A stretch of DNA of 64,000 bases, from positions 54,994,001-55,058,000 of the forward strand of contig OZ024750.1 of the NCBI GenBank assembly GCA_964016885.1, written 5' to 3'. The translations under genes were made by a program, and so were the position numbers. The notes beneath the pieces were generated by a model. It was not told the DNA's origin. It saw only the letters and a list, made by a program, of their open reading frames with translations, and searched no databases. Shown here one piece after another: positions 22,875 through 38,626 of this stretch. Every line of letters starts with the position of its first letter. The first letter of the stretch is position 1. The DNA is from Eledone cirrhosa (taxonomy: Eukaryota).

Positions 22875-23869
22875 AGCAAGGCAAATCGCGCATAAAATAA
22901 CGCTTATATCGACAAAAAAAAAAAAAAAATTTCAATGTTGCACTCTTGTTTGTTGTTCTTTTATTTTACGTAAACATTTCGCTGCTCTAGCCTCTTATTT
23001 CCTATTAGATTACACTTAATTCCATTAAACATTCATTCTTAGTCTCGTGGTAAACTATTTCATCTATATTTATATCGCTGTTACAGCCTTTTATTTCTAC
23101 ATCTATCACCTATAGCCACTGTTACGCCGGTAGTATAAGTAGCTTTATAACAAGAAACGATGATATAACTCCACAAAATGTCTTCTTCAGCAAGACACTT
23201 CACTTCATATTGCTCCAGTACACCGAGTTACACATAGACAGATACATACATACATACACAGATAGAAATGAGAGGTAGATAGAGTAAAAGATTTAAAGAG
23301 AGTGTGAGAAGTACGAGTTAGATAGTGTAAAAGATTTAAAGAGAGGGTGAGAGTGTGACACACATTTATCTGTCTATCTCTCTCTATTTTAACACCGGTC
23401 GTTATAATTAGTTTTATAACACCGCTATATTACCGACATGAAAGAGGTAAATAATTATTTCTTAAATGTTTAGAACATGTTTCTCTTGTCTTCTTAAATG
23501 TATAGAACATGTTTCTTATTTATATTCTTAACATAGCTAGGACCTTATCTCATTTACTGGTCTCTACTTTTAGGGCTTTGCTGGTCCCATGTGCCCTCCA
23601 TGAAGACACACTCGCCCCTTCTCTCTCAGTCTCCGTACTAATTACTACACATACGTATATATATTTATTTTAAGAAACCTTAATGACAAATAATATAAAG
23701 TGTTTGTAAAGTGGGGAAGAGTAGTTTTACGGTGGGGTTGTTATATAGATATCGTTTTTGCAGTGGGGTCGTGACTGGCGTATAATAATTAGTCACTGTT
23801 GATGTATATACAAATCATGTTTTGGATATAAGTGAAGTTATTTAAGAGATTTAGTTGTTTTGTATACAT

Positions 23870-25874
23870 TCATAACGGTACGCGATGGGACCCACCCACA
23901 GCCCCGGCGGACAGAATGGAGAAGGCGTTTCCCCGGAGCACGGCAAGGGAGACGCGCTGGAAAAGCCACTCCAACTCGCGGGGCTCACACCTGCGGCTGG
24001 CCAGCTCAGCGCCTATGGTGGTGAGTAAGGAGGTAGCCCTGGGGCCGAGGACACCAGAAGTCTCCACTTCCAGGGGTACGACCGCAAACCTGTCGGAGAG
24101 TGAACGATATGTGAGGAGTTTGGCCCCCTCAGCCTGACGTGCAGCAGAACCTGGGCCAGTCGCAGACTGCACCAGGTTGCGGCTGCAGAAAGTGTCGGTG
24201 CAAGTGGCATCCCAGACGAGGGGTTTGCCACCGCGGAACGGGAAGATGGTCATGCCATCTAGCCTTTTGCCGTCCCCTCGAGCTGGGAAGGGAAGCCTGC
24301 AGCGTCCAAGCCATGCTTAATGACTTCGTTGAGGGCAGCATGGCGTGGATTGCGGCTGGCACTGTGGCGACAGGAAAGCGGGTGGAGGCCGAAAGAGTCC
24401 ATGGTGGAACGGCAGCGACATTGGTGTGAGGCCGAGCCTCAGGGAAACGCCGATGCGCAAGCTATTGTTGTCTAGCTGCGTGCGAGTGGAGAAGGAGGGC
24501 AGGGCATGGAGCCAGGCCCCACTGTGGGGTTTGGAGGCTGCACGAAAACAAACAAGGCGGTGCTGGTCGAGCTGGCGCGTGAGCCTGTCTGAGGCCAGGC
24601 TGCACTGGATGGCATCCCAAGTGTGTTGGGGGGGACTTGACGTCAACAGGGGGAGAAGGAGGAGGAACGTCTACTGGGCTAAGTCCCAGCCAGTCCCACG
24701 TCTCACAGGCGGCCACGCGTTCTCTGAACACAGAGGGTTCTGTTGTGTTTTGAAGAACCCTGCTGAGGAGGACGTGGTACGAGGTTACCGACGAAAGATA
24801 TGCCGGCAAAGCTAGTGAGATCGGGGACTGGAGGCGAAGGCAGCCATACCTGACAGGTAAAGTTGCATATCTCATCGGCTGCTGCTCGGATACAAGTTTA
24901 GGTGTAGCACAGAGTGTATAGAGGAGCTTCGGCATGGCGTAGCAGTTCCTCAGCAGAAAGAGAACTGGGTGGCCATCAATCAAGCCCAGTCGGCTCGTGA
25001 GAGTCTGGACTTGATGGAGGAGCGGATGGCCGGCGGGTGGATCGGTGAGGGCATCCTCTTTGGGGGTCACCTGAACCTGGCGGAGAATGGACCGCACGTC
25101 CAAGACGGAGACTGCAAAGCTTGCAGCATCGAGGCTGACATTCACCACCTCCGACTTGGCTGAGTTGACCTGGAGGTCGATTCCCGCCAGGGCAGGAACC
25201 ACCGATTGAAGGTCATGGCAGACCGCCTGTACGGGCCCACCCAAAGTAGCATCATCCAGATACCAAACGTTGAGAGGGGCTGTTATACTCCAGGCGATGT
25301 GGTCAATACCAAGGGTGAACAGGAGGGGTCCCAAAGGGTTGCCCTGTTGGATCCCAGTAGCCAAGGGTATGACCGTATCAGCAGCATGGCGCATGCTTGG
25401 GGCTCCATATGACAGGTAGGCAGAGGGGGCTCGGCTGAGGCAGGCCTCGAGCAGATGATCCCAGCGTAAAGAGTTGAAGGCATTCCTCATGTCAAACTTG
25501 ACAATGAGGTGGCTGGAGGCCCTGGATGCCGGTTCCGAGTGTTACGGACTTGCAGATTACCTTGGCAGCCAGCCTCCGGAAGACATTGCCCACAGCAATG
25601 GGGCGTATGCCATCCTCTTTCTTCCTGCGAGCGGTGAGGCTGGCCGAAAAAAAGAGGCCTCGAGCATAAGAGTCCAGGGCGCCATGGATGAGCCTATCGG
25701 TGAGCGCCACAATTGCACTCAGAAGGCGGCGCCCGGCCTCAGCGGAGAGGGGAGATATCAACTCCTTGAGGAGGCCTGGTCAGAGACCATCAACATCTCC
25801 GCAGCTGCTAGCTGGGAAGGACCTGATGGCGGACATGATGTCTGCATCAGAAGCCACAAGGAGCAAGTGTGGAT
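23870..25874 (-). mobile_element. Decayed CRE-like RT/RLE retrotransposon, copy B2
   Basis: ORF translations identical to B1. Confidence 0.88.
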
Positions 25875-26806
25875 TACAATACAAAACCTCTGAGAATGAT
25901 TTCTAAGATATTTCACCATAATTAATTTTCATCAATATATATTAATATTATTATTGTTTATTAGGTCAGGTGGATTGGCCAGAACAATTCTACTCTTCTT
26001 TTTTAGATGTCACGATTTTTCATGGCATTCCTGAGATCATTAATCTCCAGCTGGAGATCCAGAGACATCTGATGTATGTAGGTGAACCTCAGTCATCCCA
26101 CTAGGGTCTTACTATGTTTAGGTATCCACCACAGGAGCCAGCTCATCAGGTCATCCTACCCTCAGCAGCAATGTCCAGCATCTATTGATTTCCGCTCCCT
26201 AGTTATTGTGGTAATCTTCGATATCTGGGAATATATTTCTTCTGCTTAAGGGAGTAATAAATATATAGTTTTAAAAAAAACATATATATACACACACATA
26301 TATATATGTTGTCATTTATAAGAGTTCTCTATCAAAAGCCTTCTCTATGTCCAAAGCTAAGTATAGTGGCTTATTTTTCTCTAAGAACCTCTTTTGTAGT
26401 TGTCTCACTAAGAAGAGGGCATCTGTTGCACTTTTCAGCGGCTTAATTAATTAATGAGGTTTAATTAATGAGGAATTTTGAGGTATTTATAACAATTATT
26501 AATTATTTCATTACTGAGATATCATTTGAAGGACTTACTAATGTTTTTATTTATTAATTATTTTATTAGTAACTTAACATGTGGTTCTTGTATAAAATTA
26601 TGTTGGAAGATTTTAGGAAGATGCTATGTAGCCGGTCGCGGTAAAATAGACGCCCAGGCTATGTAGCCGGTAAGAGTGTCAGACTCCATGTGTTGCGGCC
26701 CTTTATGGTCTGAGTTAAGACAATTTAAAATCTTTTCCACCATCAATTGTTAAAAAACAAGTTAAAATCATTTTGTCGTCCATTTGTAACGTACGTTACA
26801 CTTTAG

Positions 26807-27542
26807 TTACATACACATATACTATGTTACATACACACATCTACTGTGTTACATACACACACATCAACTGGGTTATATACACACACATCTACTGCGTTAC
26901 ATACACATCTACTGTGTTACACACACATCTACTGTGTTACATACACACACATCTACTGAGTTACATACACACACATCTACTGTGTTACATACACACACAT
27001 CTTCTGTGTTACATACACACATCTACTATGTTACATACACACATCTACTGTGTTACATACACACACCTGTGTTACATACACACACATCTACTGAGTTACA
27101 TACACACAGATCTACTGTGTTACATACACACACATCTACTGTGTTACACACATCTTCTATGTTACATACACACAATCTACTGTGTTACATACACACATCT
27201 ACTGAGTTACATACACACACATCTACTGAGTTACATACACACACATGTACTGTGTTACATACACACATCTACTGTGTTACATACATACACATCTACTGTG
27301 TTACATACATACACATCTACTGTTACATACACACATCTACCGTGTTACACACACACATCTACCGTGTTACACACACACATCTACCGTGTTACACACACAC
27401 ATCTACCGTGTTACACACACACATCTACTGAGTTACATACACATATACTGAGTTACATGCAAACACACATCTACTCTGTTACATATACACATCTACTGTG
27501 TTACATACACATCTACTGTGATACACACACACACATCTACTC
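26807..27542. repeat. Minisatellite, copy 2
   Basis: Same as 11085-11820. Confidence 0.96.
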
Positions 27543-28370
27543 ATACATATTCATAAATAGACACACATTATACAAATAATTATTACATACACACACATCT
27601 CTGTAATAATTCAGGAAGGAAGGGGCTGGTGAAACGCTATAGCAATGTGTGTGTGTTGTGTACCTTTCAGGTTTACCGGTTTCGTAGCCTATTTGAAGAT
27701 TTTATTATAATTATGAACCTTATAATTCAATTAATTATGAATAATTTTGAGCTATTTATCACAATTGTTAGTTAATTACTAACATAGTAACTTACCATAT
27801 GGTTGTTATATAGAATTTTGTTGGAAGACTTTAATTTAGATAGGAACCATTTCCATAGTACGAGAACTAATTTTGGCTGGGTTTCTACCAAAAGGGTTAA
27901 TGAAGAATTTTGAACAATTTACTAAAATTATTAATTATTTCATTACTAAGATAATGTGTGAATACACAATTATATGTGTGTATATATATATAAACAGTAT
28001 ATATATATATAGTATATATATATATAAACAGTATATATATATATATAGTATATATATATATAAACAGTATATATATAGTATACAAAAGATGTAGTGGGAT
28101 AGTGTGTAGTCTTAAGACAAGTCTGTCCAGATAGCTGCGCTGTAACTTACACTTATTGGGACTGTGTGTTGGCAAGCAGGCCTGTATTTTGGGATCTAGC
28201 TGGTCCATTATGAGGGAGGTCTGGTTAGTTGGCAGCACCATGCCTTACTTGTGGTATATGTATGTATAGAAATAAGTTATTGTATATGCATAACTGTCCA
28301 TCTATATGTATACATGTATGTTTACTTATATCTTTGCATACATATATACATTTTCAGATGTATACACGTA

Positions 28371-30290
28371 ATGGTCACCCGGATAGTAAACCAAGTCATA
28401 CAGAATGGGGTTGTTCTGAAGGACTGGCGTAGCAGCATCATCATTAACTGTTACAAGGGTAAAGGAGATGCCCTAGATAGGAGTAACTATAGAGGCATTA
28501 AATTAATCGACCAGGTCATGAAGGTCACGGAAAAAGTAATAGCGCAACTAATCAGAGAGAGAATTGATCTAGATGAAATGCAGTTCGGGTTTGTGTCAGG
28601 TAAAAGTACCACAGACGCTCTTTTCATTGTACGACAACTACAGGAGAAGTACCTAGTTAAAAGTAAACCCCTATACTTAGCTTTTGTTGACTTGGAGAAA
28701 GCCTTCGACAGAGTCCCCCGTTCCATTATCTGGTGGGCTCTTAGAAAACTAGGTGTTGAGGAATGGCTTGTGAGAGCTATACGAGCCATGTATAAAGAAA
28801 CAGTCAGCAAGGTTAGAATTAACAACGAATATAGTGAAGAGTTTAGCGTAAAAGTTGGTGTTCATCAGGGCTCCGTCCTTAGCCCCCTACTATTTATTAT
28901 TGCCCTTCAGGCTATAACAGTGGAGTTCAAGACCGGCTGCCCATGGGAACTCCTATACGCAGATGATCTAACGCTCATAGCTGAATCAATGGCCGAGCTA
29001 GAGAAGAAATTCCAAACATGGAAGCAAGGCCTAGAATCAGAAGGCCTTAAAATTAACCTGGCTAAGACTAAAGTTCTAGTTTGTAGGAAAGAAAATAAGG
29101 CGCCGGTCCCTTCCGGGAAATGGCCATGCTCAGTGTGTAGGAAAGGCGTAGGTAGAAACTCCATTTTATGTCCCAAATGCAAAGTATGGGTTCATAAAAG
29201 ATGTAGTGGGATCACAGGTAAGCTAACTAAGAACATAGATTTTACATGTGGCCGGTGCTCTGGTGCAATAAGTAGCAGCAAGTGCCCACAAAATACTAGC
29301 TCTTTCAATTGCGCAGAGGGTTCTATAGAAATAGTGGACAGCTTCCGTTACCTGGGTGACAAAATCAGCAGTGGGGGAGGGTGCTCTGAAAGTACAGTAG
29401 CTAGAGTCAGAACTGGATGGAAAAAGTTCAGAGAGCTTATACCACTATTAGCCGCTAAAGGGTTCTCCCTAAAAATGAAAGGCAGGTTGTATGATGCCTG
29501 CATATGAACAGCAATGTTGCATGGCAGTGAGACCTGGGCATTGTGTGCAGAGGATATACGCAGACTAGAGAGGAACGAAGCTTGCATGCTTCGCTGGATG
29601 TGTAATAGTAATATATGTGAACGGCAAAGCATAAACGAACTAAGGGAAAAATTAGAAATAAGAGGGATCAGATGTTGTGTACTCGAGAGAAGACTACGTT
29701 GGTATGGTCCACGTGATGCGGATGAAAGACGACAGCTGTATAAAAAAAATGCAGGGCAATAAAGATAGACGGTAGCCACGGAGTAGGCAGACCCAGAAAA
29801 ACCTGGGACGACTTGATAAATTCCGACCTCACACACTTACACCTCTCCAAGACAATGTCACTGGACCGAGATCTTTGGCGGTACTCAGTAATAGAGAAGA
29901 CCCGCCTTACCTAGATACAAAGTAAAACCTACTACAGTCAGTAGGCACCTCTAACAAAATACACCCCCACCCCATCCACACCGCCCCTTTCAATGTAAAG
30001 TTATGTTGGTGCCACAACATCCAGGCCGAAACAAATGAGGTCGTGTAGGTGTCACGACAAAAAAAAAAAACACAGTCCACGCAGTAATGTGGCCGTGTAG
30101 GTAACACGGTAAAAACCTCCCAGTCCCACACTGTAAATGCGGTTGGTGTTAGGAAGGGCATCCAGCTGTAGAAAACCCGCCAGACAGTCCTATGCGAGCA
30201 AGACAACCACTCTTGCCTCAAGTGGGAAAATTCCCGTCCAAACCCATGCAAGCGTGGAATATGGACGTTAAACGATGACGATGATGATGA

Positions 30291-30294
<4 letters not shown>
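28371..30294 (+). mobile_element. 5'-truncated RTE LINE, copy 2
   Basis: Identical translation and lesions. Confidence 0.93.
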
Positions 30295-30328
<34 letters not shown>

Positions 30329-30419
30329 CTTTGACATTTCTTAGAAAAAAAATGAAAAAGTTTTGTGAGAACCCCAATGTTTATTTATTTTATTTTATTT
30401 TTAAATAAAATTAATAACA

Positions 30420-31055
30420 TTAATTTTATTTTGAAATTAGGTTTATAAATATTAATTATCAGCAGACCTTTGTAGCAGTCTTGGCGGCTTAGTGGGAAGT
30501 ACCAGAGATGGTGAGGTCCTTGTCTGTAGGTTCAATCCTGGTCTGGGAGTTCAATCATTGCTGTAATGTGTCCTGTTAATCTTTTTTTAAATTTTCCTCA
30601 GAAAAAACTGAAAATCTTTGGTGAGAACCCCAATGTCTATTTATCTAATATAATTTAATTTATTTTATTTTACTTTAGTTAAATTGTCAAAACCACTGGT
30701 GATCTAAAGTTAGAGGAGACAGATAAAATAGACATATTGTCTCCTCAACCTTTAGATCTTCAGTGTTTTCGACAATTTAACTAAAATAAAAAATTAAATT
30801 CAATATAATTAAATAAATAGGGGTTCTCTTTTTCAAAGAGATATAGAAAGAAAATTATAAAAGATTAACATGACACCTTACATGTATCTCATGGACCAGG
30901 ATTGAACCTGAGTCCCCAATTCAACCCTCAGACCAGGATTGAACACCCAGAACAGGATCTCACCATCTCTGGTACTTCCCACTAAGCTACCGAGACTGAT
31001 ACAAAGATGTACTGAAATTTAATATTTATAAACCTACTTTCAAAATAAAATTAAA
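30420..31055. repeat. Foldback inverted repeat, copy 2
   Basis: Copy of 14700-15335. Confidence 0.9.
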
Positions 31056-31886
31056 AATAAAATATATATATATATATATTCCTTTGACATTTCTTAGAAA
31101 AAAGAACTGAAAAAGTTTTGTGAGAACGCCAATGTCTATTTATTTTATTTTATTTTTAATTAAATTAGTTATATTTTGAAAGTAGGTTTATAAATATTAA
31201 TTTTCAATAGACCTTTGTAGCAGTCTTGGTGGCTTAGTGGGAAGTACCAGAGATGGTGAGATCCTTGTCTGTAAGTTCAATTCTTGCTTGGAGACATGTC
31301 TAATGTGTCCTATTAATCTTTTTTAAATTTTCCTTTTACATCTCTTAGAAATAACTGAAAATCTTTGGTGAGAACCCCAATGTCTATTTATCTAATATAA
31401 TTAATTTAATTTAATTTAATTTAATTTTTATTTTAGTGAAACCACTGTTGTATTCAAGAGACCAGGTGGAGGGGTGGGTCTGCTAGATTCATCGTGGGTA
31501 AAGAACGGTGCTATAAACTTTTCTGGGTGGGAAATGACAATGGGCTGGGTATACACATACCACCCCACCACCCCACCGTAAAGTGGTCGTGGAGGCGCCA
31601 CGGCAAAAAAGCACCCAGCCCGCTCTGTAAAGCTGACGTGGAGGTGCCACGGAAAAAAAAAAAGCACCCAGCACTCACTGCAAACTGGGTTGGCGTCAGG
31701 AAGGGCACCCAGCTGTAGAAACCAATCCAGAATCAGCTCCCACCCCACCCTTGCAAGCATGGAAAAGCGGACGTATGATGAAGTTGATATATATATATAT
31801 ATATTAGTATATATATACACATACATATGTACACATATACACATACATATATATATATATATACACACACATATATATCAGTGTAC

Positions 31887-31925
<39 letters not shown>

Positions 31926-32570
31926 AATGAATATTTATTCAATTTAAAGCGCCAATTATCTATATATAACAAGATATGAATTTTTCTAGGGATGGGGAAA
32001 TTTTCAGTTTGTTTTTATATTTTCACTTCATTTTTTACTTTCTATTTAATACAGTCTTTGATCCAATATAATCCTGACAGTATTTGAACCAGTTTACCTC
32101 ATATATATGTATGCACACACAACACTCAAGTTTCGCCATCTACTGCTATTTCATTCATATTTATTGTTTAATTAACTCTGGTCTAATTCATCAACTATTG
32201 TTAATTATATTATTACGTAGATTTCTTATAAAATCTAGTGCATATATACGTGTATATATACAGGGAGACACTGTGTAATAGATGTAAAGAGAGTGGGAGA
32301 TAGAGTTATAGAAGTAAAGAGAGGGAGAGAAATAAGCGGTAGATAGAGCAATAGATGTAAAGAGAGGGTTAGAACGTTCAACTTGACAGTCAGTACATAT
32401 GCCAACTACCCAACCGGCCAGCCAGCCGTATTTGCGGTTGACTGGCCAGTTGGGCGGTTGGTATGTGGAACGTTCAACTATGCAGTCAGTACCAAAGTTC
32501 AACATTGTAGCCAGTGCATATGCCGATCGCCGCGACCTCTTTGCTCTATTTAAATGACCTGGAACTAAGT

Positions 32571-32683
32571 AAAAAGAGTAGGAGATAACTCGACAAGAGC
32601 GGAGAGGGTGAGATTCGAACCATGTAAAGTCGTTGGCTCCTGAACTTCGTAAGCGGGGCTGCTACTGACTGAGCAGCGCCGGC
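32571..32683 (-). ncRNA. Candidate Pol III tRNA-derived small RNA, copy A3
   Basis: Identical to 1119-1231 by eye. Confidence 0.5.
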
Positions 32684-33698
32684 AGCAAGGCAAATCGCGC
32701 ATAAAATAACGCTTATATCGAGAAAATAAAACAAAAATTTCAATGTTGCACTCTTGTTTGTTGTTCTTTTATTTTACGTAAACATTTCGCTGCTCTAGCC
32801 TCTTATTTCCTATTAGATTACACTTAATTCCATTAAACATTCATTCTTAGTCTCGTGGTAAACTATTTCATCTATATTTATATCGCTGTTACAGCCTTTT
32901 ATTTCTACATCTATCACCTATAGCCACTGTTACGCCGGTAGTATAAGTAGCTTTATAACAAGAAACGATGATATAACTCCACAAAATGTCTTCTTGAGCA
33001 AGACACTTCACCTCATATTGCTCCAGTACACCGAGTTACACATAGACAGATACATACATACACATATATATGTACACAAATAGAAATAAGAGGGAGATAG
33101 AGTAAAAGATGTAAAGATAGTGTAAAAGATTTAAAGAGAGGGTGAGAGTGTGACACACATTTATCTGTCTATCTCTCTCTATTTTAACACCGGTCGTTAT
33201 AATTAGTTTTATAACACCGCTATATTACCGACATGAAAGAGGTAAATAATTATTTCTTAAATGTTTAGAACATGTTTCTCTTGTCTTCTTAAATGTATAG
33301 AACATGTTTCTTATTTATATTCTTAACATAGCTAGGACCTTATCTCATTTACTGGTCTCTACTTTTAGGGCTTTGCTGGTCCCATGTGCCCTCCATGAAG
33401 ACACACTCGCCCCTTCTCTCTCAGTCTCCGTACTAATTACTACACATACGTATATATATTTATTTTAAGAAACCTTAATGACAAATAATATAAAGTGTTT
33501 GTAAAGTGGGGAAGAGTAGTTTTACGGTGGGGTTGTTATATAGATATCGTTTTTGCAGTGGGGTCGTGACTGGCGTATAATAATGAGTCACTGTTGATGT
33601 ATATACAAATCATATTTTGGATATAAGTGAAGTTATTTAAGAGATTTAGTTGTTTTGTATACATTCCAGTTGTTGTCTCCCTGTTTCTTCTTCAACAA

Positions 33699-35702
33699 CT
33701 ATAACGGTACGCGATGGGGCCCACCCACAGCCCCGGCGGACAGAATGGAGAAGGCGTTTCCCCGGAGCACGGCAAGGGAGACGCGCTGGAAAAGCCACTC
33801 CAACTCGCGGGGCTCACACCTGCGACTGGCCAGCTCAGCGCCTATGGTGGTGAGTAAGGAGGTAGCCCTGGGGTCGAGGACACCAGAAGTCTCCACTTCC
33901 AGGGGTACGACCGCAAACCTGTCGGAGAGTGAACGATATGTGAGGAGTTTGGCCCTCTCAGCCTGACGTGCAGCAGAACCTGGGCCAGTCGCAGACTGCA
34001 CCAGGTTGCGGCTGCAGAAAGTGTCGGTGCAAGTGGCATCCCAGACGAGGGGTTTGCCACCGCGGAACGGGAAGATGGTCATGCCATCTGGCCTTTTGCC
34101 GTCCCCTGGAGCTGGGAAGGGAAGCCTGCAGCGTCCAAGCCATGCTTAATGATTTCGTTGAGGGCAGCATGGCGTGGATTGCGGCTGGCACTGTGGCGAC
34201 AGGAAAGCGGGTGGAGGCCGAAAGAGTCCATGGTGGAACGGCAGCGACATTGGTGTGAGGCCGAGCCTCAGGGAAACGCCGATGCGCAAGCTATGGTTGT
34301 CTAGCTGCGTGCGAGTGGAGAAGGAGGGCAGGGCATGGAGCCAGGCCCCACTGTGGGGTTTGGAGGCCGCACGAAAACAAACAAGGCGGTGCTGGTCGAG
34401 CTGGCACGTGAGCCTGTCTGAGGCCAGGCTGCACTGGATGGCATCCCAAGTGTGTTGGGGGGACTTGACGTCAACAGGGGGAGAAGGAGGAGGAACGTCT
34501 ACTGGGCTAAGTCCCAGCCGGTGCCACGTCTCACAGGCGGCCACGCGTTCTCTGAACACAGAGGGTTCTGTTGTGTTTTGAAGAACCCTGCTGAGGTGGA
34601 CGTGGTACGAGGTTACCGACGAAAGATACGCCGGCAAAGCTAGTGAGATCGGGGACTGGAGGCGAAGGTCGCCATACCTGATAGGTAAAGTTGCATATCT
34701 CATCGGCTGCTGCTCGGATACAAGTCTGGGTGTAGCACAGAGTGTATAGAGGAGCTTCGGCATGGCGTAGCAGTTCCTCAGCAGAAAGAGAACTGGGTGG
34801 CCATCAATCAAGCCCAGTCGGCTCGTGAGAGTCTGAACTTGATGGTGGAGCGGATGGCCGGCGGGTGGATCGGTGAGGGCATCCTCTTTGGGGGTCACCT
34901 GAACCTGGCGGAGAATGGACCGCACGTCCAAGACGGAGACTGCAAAGCTTGCAGCATCGAGGCTGACATTCACCACCTCCGACTTGGCTGAGTTGACCTG
35001 GAGGTCGATTCCCGCCAGGGCAGGAACCACCGATTGAAGGTCATGGCAGACCGCCTGTACGGGCCCACCCAAAGTAGCATCATCCAGATACCAAACGTTG
35101 AGAGGGGCCGTTATACTCCGGGCGATGTGGTCAATACCAAGGGTGAACAGGAGGGGTCCCAAAGGGTTGCCCTGTTGGATCCCAGTAGCCAAGGGTATGA
35201 CCGTATCAGCAGCATGTCGCATGCTCGGGGCTCCATATGACAGCTAGGCAGAGGGGGCTCGGCTGAGGCAGGCCTCGAGCAGATGATCCCAGCGTAAAGA
35301 GTTGAAGGCATTCCTCATGTCAAACTTGACAATGAGGTGGCTGGAGTCCCTGGATGCCGGTTCCGAGTGTTACGGACTTGCAGGTTACCTTGGCAGCCAG
35401 CCTCCGGAAGACATTGCCCACAGCAATGGGGCGTATGCCACCCTCTTTCTTCCTGAGAGCGGTGAAGCTGGCTGAAAAAAAGAGGCCTCGAGCATAAGAG
35501 TCCAGGGCGCCATGGATGAGCCTATTGGTGAGCGCCACAATTGCACTCAGAAGGCGGCGCCCGGCCTCAGCGGAGAGGGGAGATGTCAACTCCTTGAGGA
35601 GGCCTGGTCAGAGACCATCAACATCACCGCAGCTGCTAGCTGGGAAGGACCTGATGGCGGACATGATGTCTGCATCAGAAGCCACAAGGAGCAAGTGTGG
35701 AT
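33699..35702 (-). mobile_element. Decayed CRE-like RT/RLE retrotransposon, copy A3
   Basis: Near-identical to A1. Confidence 0.88.
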
Positions 35703-36332
35703 TACAATACAAAACCTCTGAGAATGATTTCTAAGATATTTCACCATAATTAATTTTCATCAATATATATTAATATTATTATTGTTTATTAGGTCAGGTG
35801 GATTGGCCAGAACAATTCTACTCTTCTTTTTTAGATGTCACGATTTTTCATGGCATTCCTGAGATCATTAATCTCCAGCTGGAGATCCAGAGACATCTGA
35901 TGTATGTAGGTGAACCTCAGTCATCCCACTTGGGTCTTACTATGTTTAGGTATCCACCACAGGAGCCAGCTCATCAGGTCATCCTACCCTCAGCAGCAAT
36001 GTCCAGCATCTATTGATTTCCGCTCCCTAGTTATTGTGGTAATCTTCGATATCTGGGAATATATTTCTTCTGCTTAAGGGAGTAATAAATATATAGTTTT
36101 AAAAAAAACATATATATACACACACATATATATATGTTGTCATTTATAAGAGTTCTCTATCAAAAGCCTTCTCTATGTCCAAAGCTAAGTATAGTGGCTT
36201 ATTTTTCTCTAAGAACCTCTTTTGTAGTTGTCTCACTAAGAAGAGGGCATCTGTTGCACTTTTCAGCGGCACAAAACCAAACTGCATCTCATACATATAC
36301 ATACATACATACATATACACATACATACATAC

Positions 36333-36683
36333 ATCATCATCATCATCATCATCATTTCGTTTTAAGTCCGCTTTTTCCCTGCTTGCAAGGGTGGGACGGG
36401 AACTGATTCTGGCTTGATTTCTACAGCTGGATGCCCTTCCTAACACCAACCTCATTTACAGTGAGTGCTGAGTGCTTTTTTGCCGTGGCACCTCCACGAC
36501 CACTTTGCAGTGGAATGATATGGACCCCAGTCCCTATCATCTCATTTCTACAGCTGAGTAAACTGGAGCAATGTGAAATAAAGTGTCTTGCTCAAGGAAA
36601 CAACACATCACCCGGTCTGAGAATTGAACTCACAACCTTTCGATTGCCAGGCCAATGCTCGAACCACTAAGCCATGTGCCTCC
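36333..36683 (-). mobile_element. tRNA-SINE, copy 3
   Basis: Copy of 4881-5231. Confidence 0.85.
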
Positions 36684-37729
36684 ATATACATATACATATA
36701 CATATACATACATATATATATACATACATACATATATACACATACATACATACACATACATACACATATACATACATATATATACATACATACACATACA
36801 TAGATATATATATATACATAATATAAATATACACACATACACATACATAAGCATATACACATAAGTATATTTACATATACACACGTATATATACATATAC
36901 ATACATACATATATACACATACATACATATATACATACATACACACATATACATACATATATACATATACACATACATACATATACATACATATACACAT
37001 ACATATATATATATATACATACACACACATATATACATACACACACATATATACAAACACATACATATACACATATATACACATACATACACATACATAT
37101 ACATACATATACACATATACACTCATATATACATATACATACATACACACACATACATACATATATACATATACATACATAAAGACAAATCCACCTCATG
37201 GACGAGAATGCAAGGGCTCCTCCTCTTTGTTTCGGCCGCGGATGGCTAACCCTAACCCCATCCCCGCTCCCTACTGCTCCCAACCTCCAAACGCAATCCA
37301 AAACTTCAGAGTTGGTACCATTAATGTAGGCACCTTATAGGGTGGCTCTAACGAGGTTGTAGAAATGCTTGAACGTAAGGAGGTCGATGTTTGTTGTATT
37401 CAAGAGACCAGGTGGAGGGGTGGGTCTGCTAGATTCATCGTGGGTAAAGAACGATGCTATACGCTTTTCTGTGTGGCAAATGACAATGGGCTGGGTATAC
37501 ACATACCACCCCACCTCCCCACCGCAAAGTGGTCGTGGAGGCGCCGCGGCCAAAAAGCACCCAGCCCACACTGTAAAGCTGACGTGGAGGTGCCACGGAA
37601 AAAAAAAAGCACCCAGCACTCACTGCAAACGGGGTTGGCGTCAGGAAGGGCACCCAGCTGTAGAAACCAATCCAGAATCAGCTCCCACCCCACCCTTGCA
37701 AGCATGGAAAAGCGGACGTATGATGAAGT

Positions 37730-37772
<43 letters not shown>

Positions 37773-38513
37773 TATATATATACACATATATATATACACA
37801 CATATATATCAGTGTACATATATATATACATATATATATATATATAAATGAATATTTATTCAATTTAAAGCGCCAATTATCTATATATAACAAGATATGA
37901 ATTTTTCTAGGGATGGGGAAATTTTCAGTTTGTTTTTATATTTTCACTTCATTTTTTACTTTCTATTTAATACAGTCTTTGATCCAATATAATCCTGACA
38001 GTATTTGAACCAGTTTACCTCATATATATGTATGCACACACAACACTCAAGTTTCGCCATCTACTGCTATTTCATTCATATTTATTGTTTAATTAACTCT
38101 GGTCTAATTCATCAACTATTGTTAATTATATTATTACGTAGATTTCTTATAAAATCTAGTGCATATATACGTGTATATATACAGGGAGACACTGTAATAG
38201 ATGTAAAGAGAGTGGGAGATAGAGTTATAGAAGTAAAGAGAGGGGGAGAACTAAGCGGTAGATAGAGTAATAGATGTAAAGAGAGGGTTAGAACGTTCAA
38301 CTTGACAGTCAGTACAATGTTCAGCATGGTAGCCAGTACATATGCCAACTACCCAACCGGCCAGCCAGCCGCATATGCGGTTGACTGGCCAGTTGGGCGG
38401 TTGGTATGTGGAACGTTCAACTACGCAGTCAGTACCAAAGTTCAACATTGTAGCCAGTGCATATGCCGATCGCCGCACCCTCTTTGCTCTATTTTAATGA
38501 CCTGGAACTAAGT

Positions 38514-38626
38514 AAAAAGAGTAGGAGATAACTCGACAAGAGCGGAGAGGGTGAGATTCGAACCATGTAAAGTCGTTGGCTCCTGAACTTCGTAAGCGGG
38601 GCTGCTACTGACTGAGCAGCGCCGGC
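38514..38626 (-). ncRNA. Candidate Pol III tRNA-derived small RNA, copy C
   Basis: Identical to 1119-1231 by eye. Confidence 0.5.
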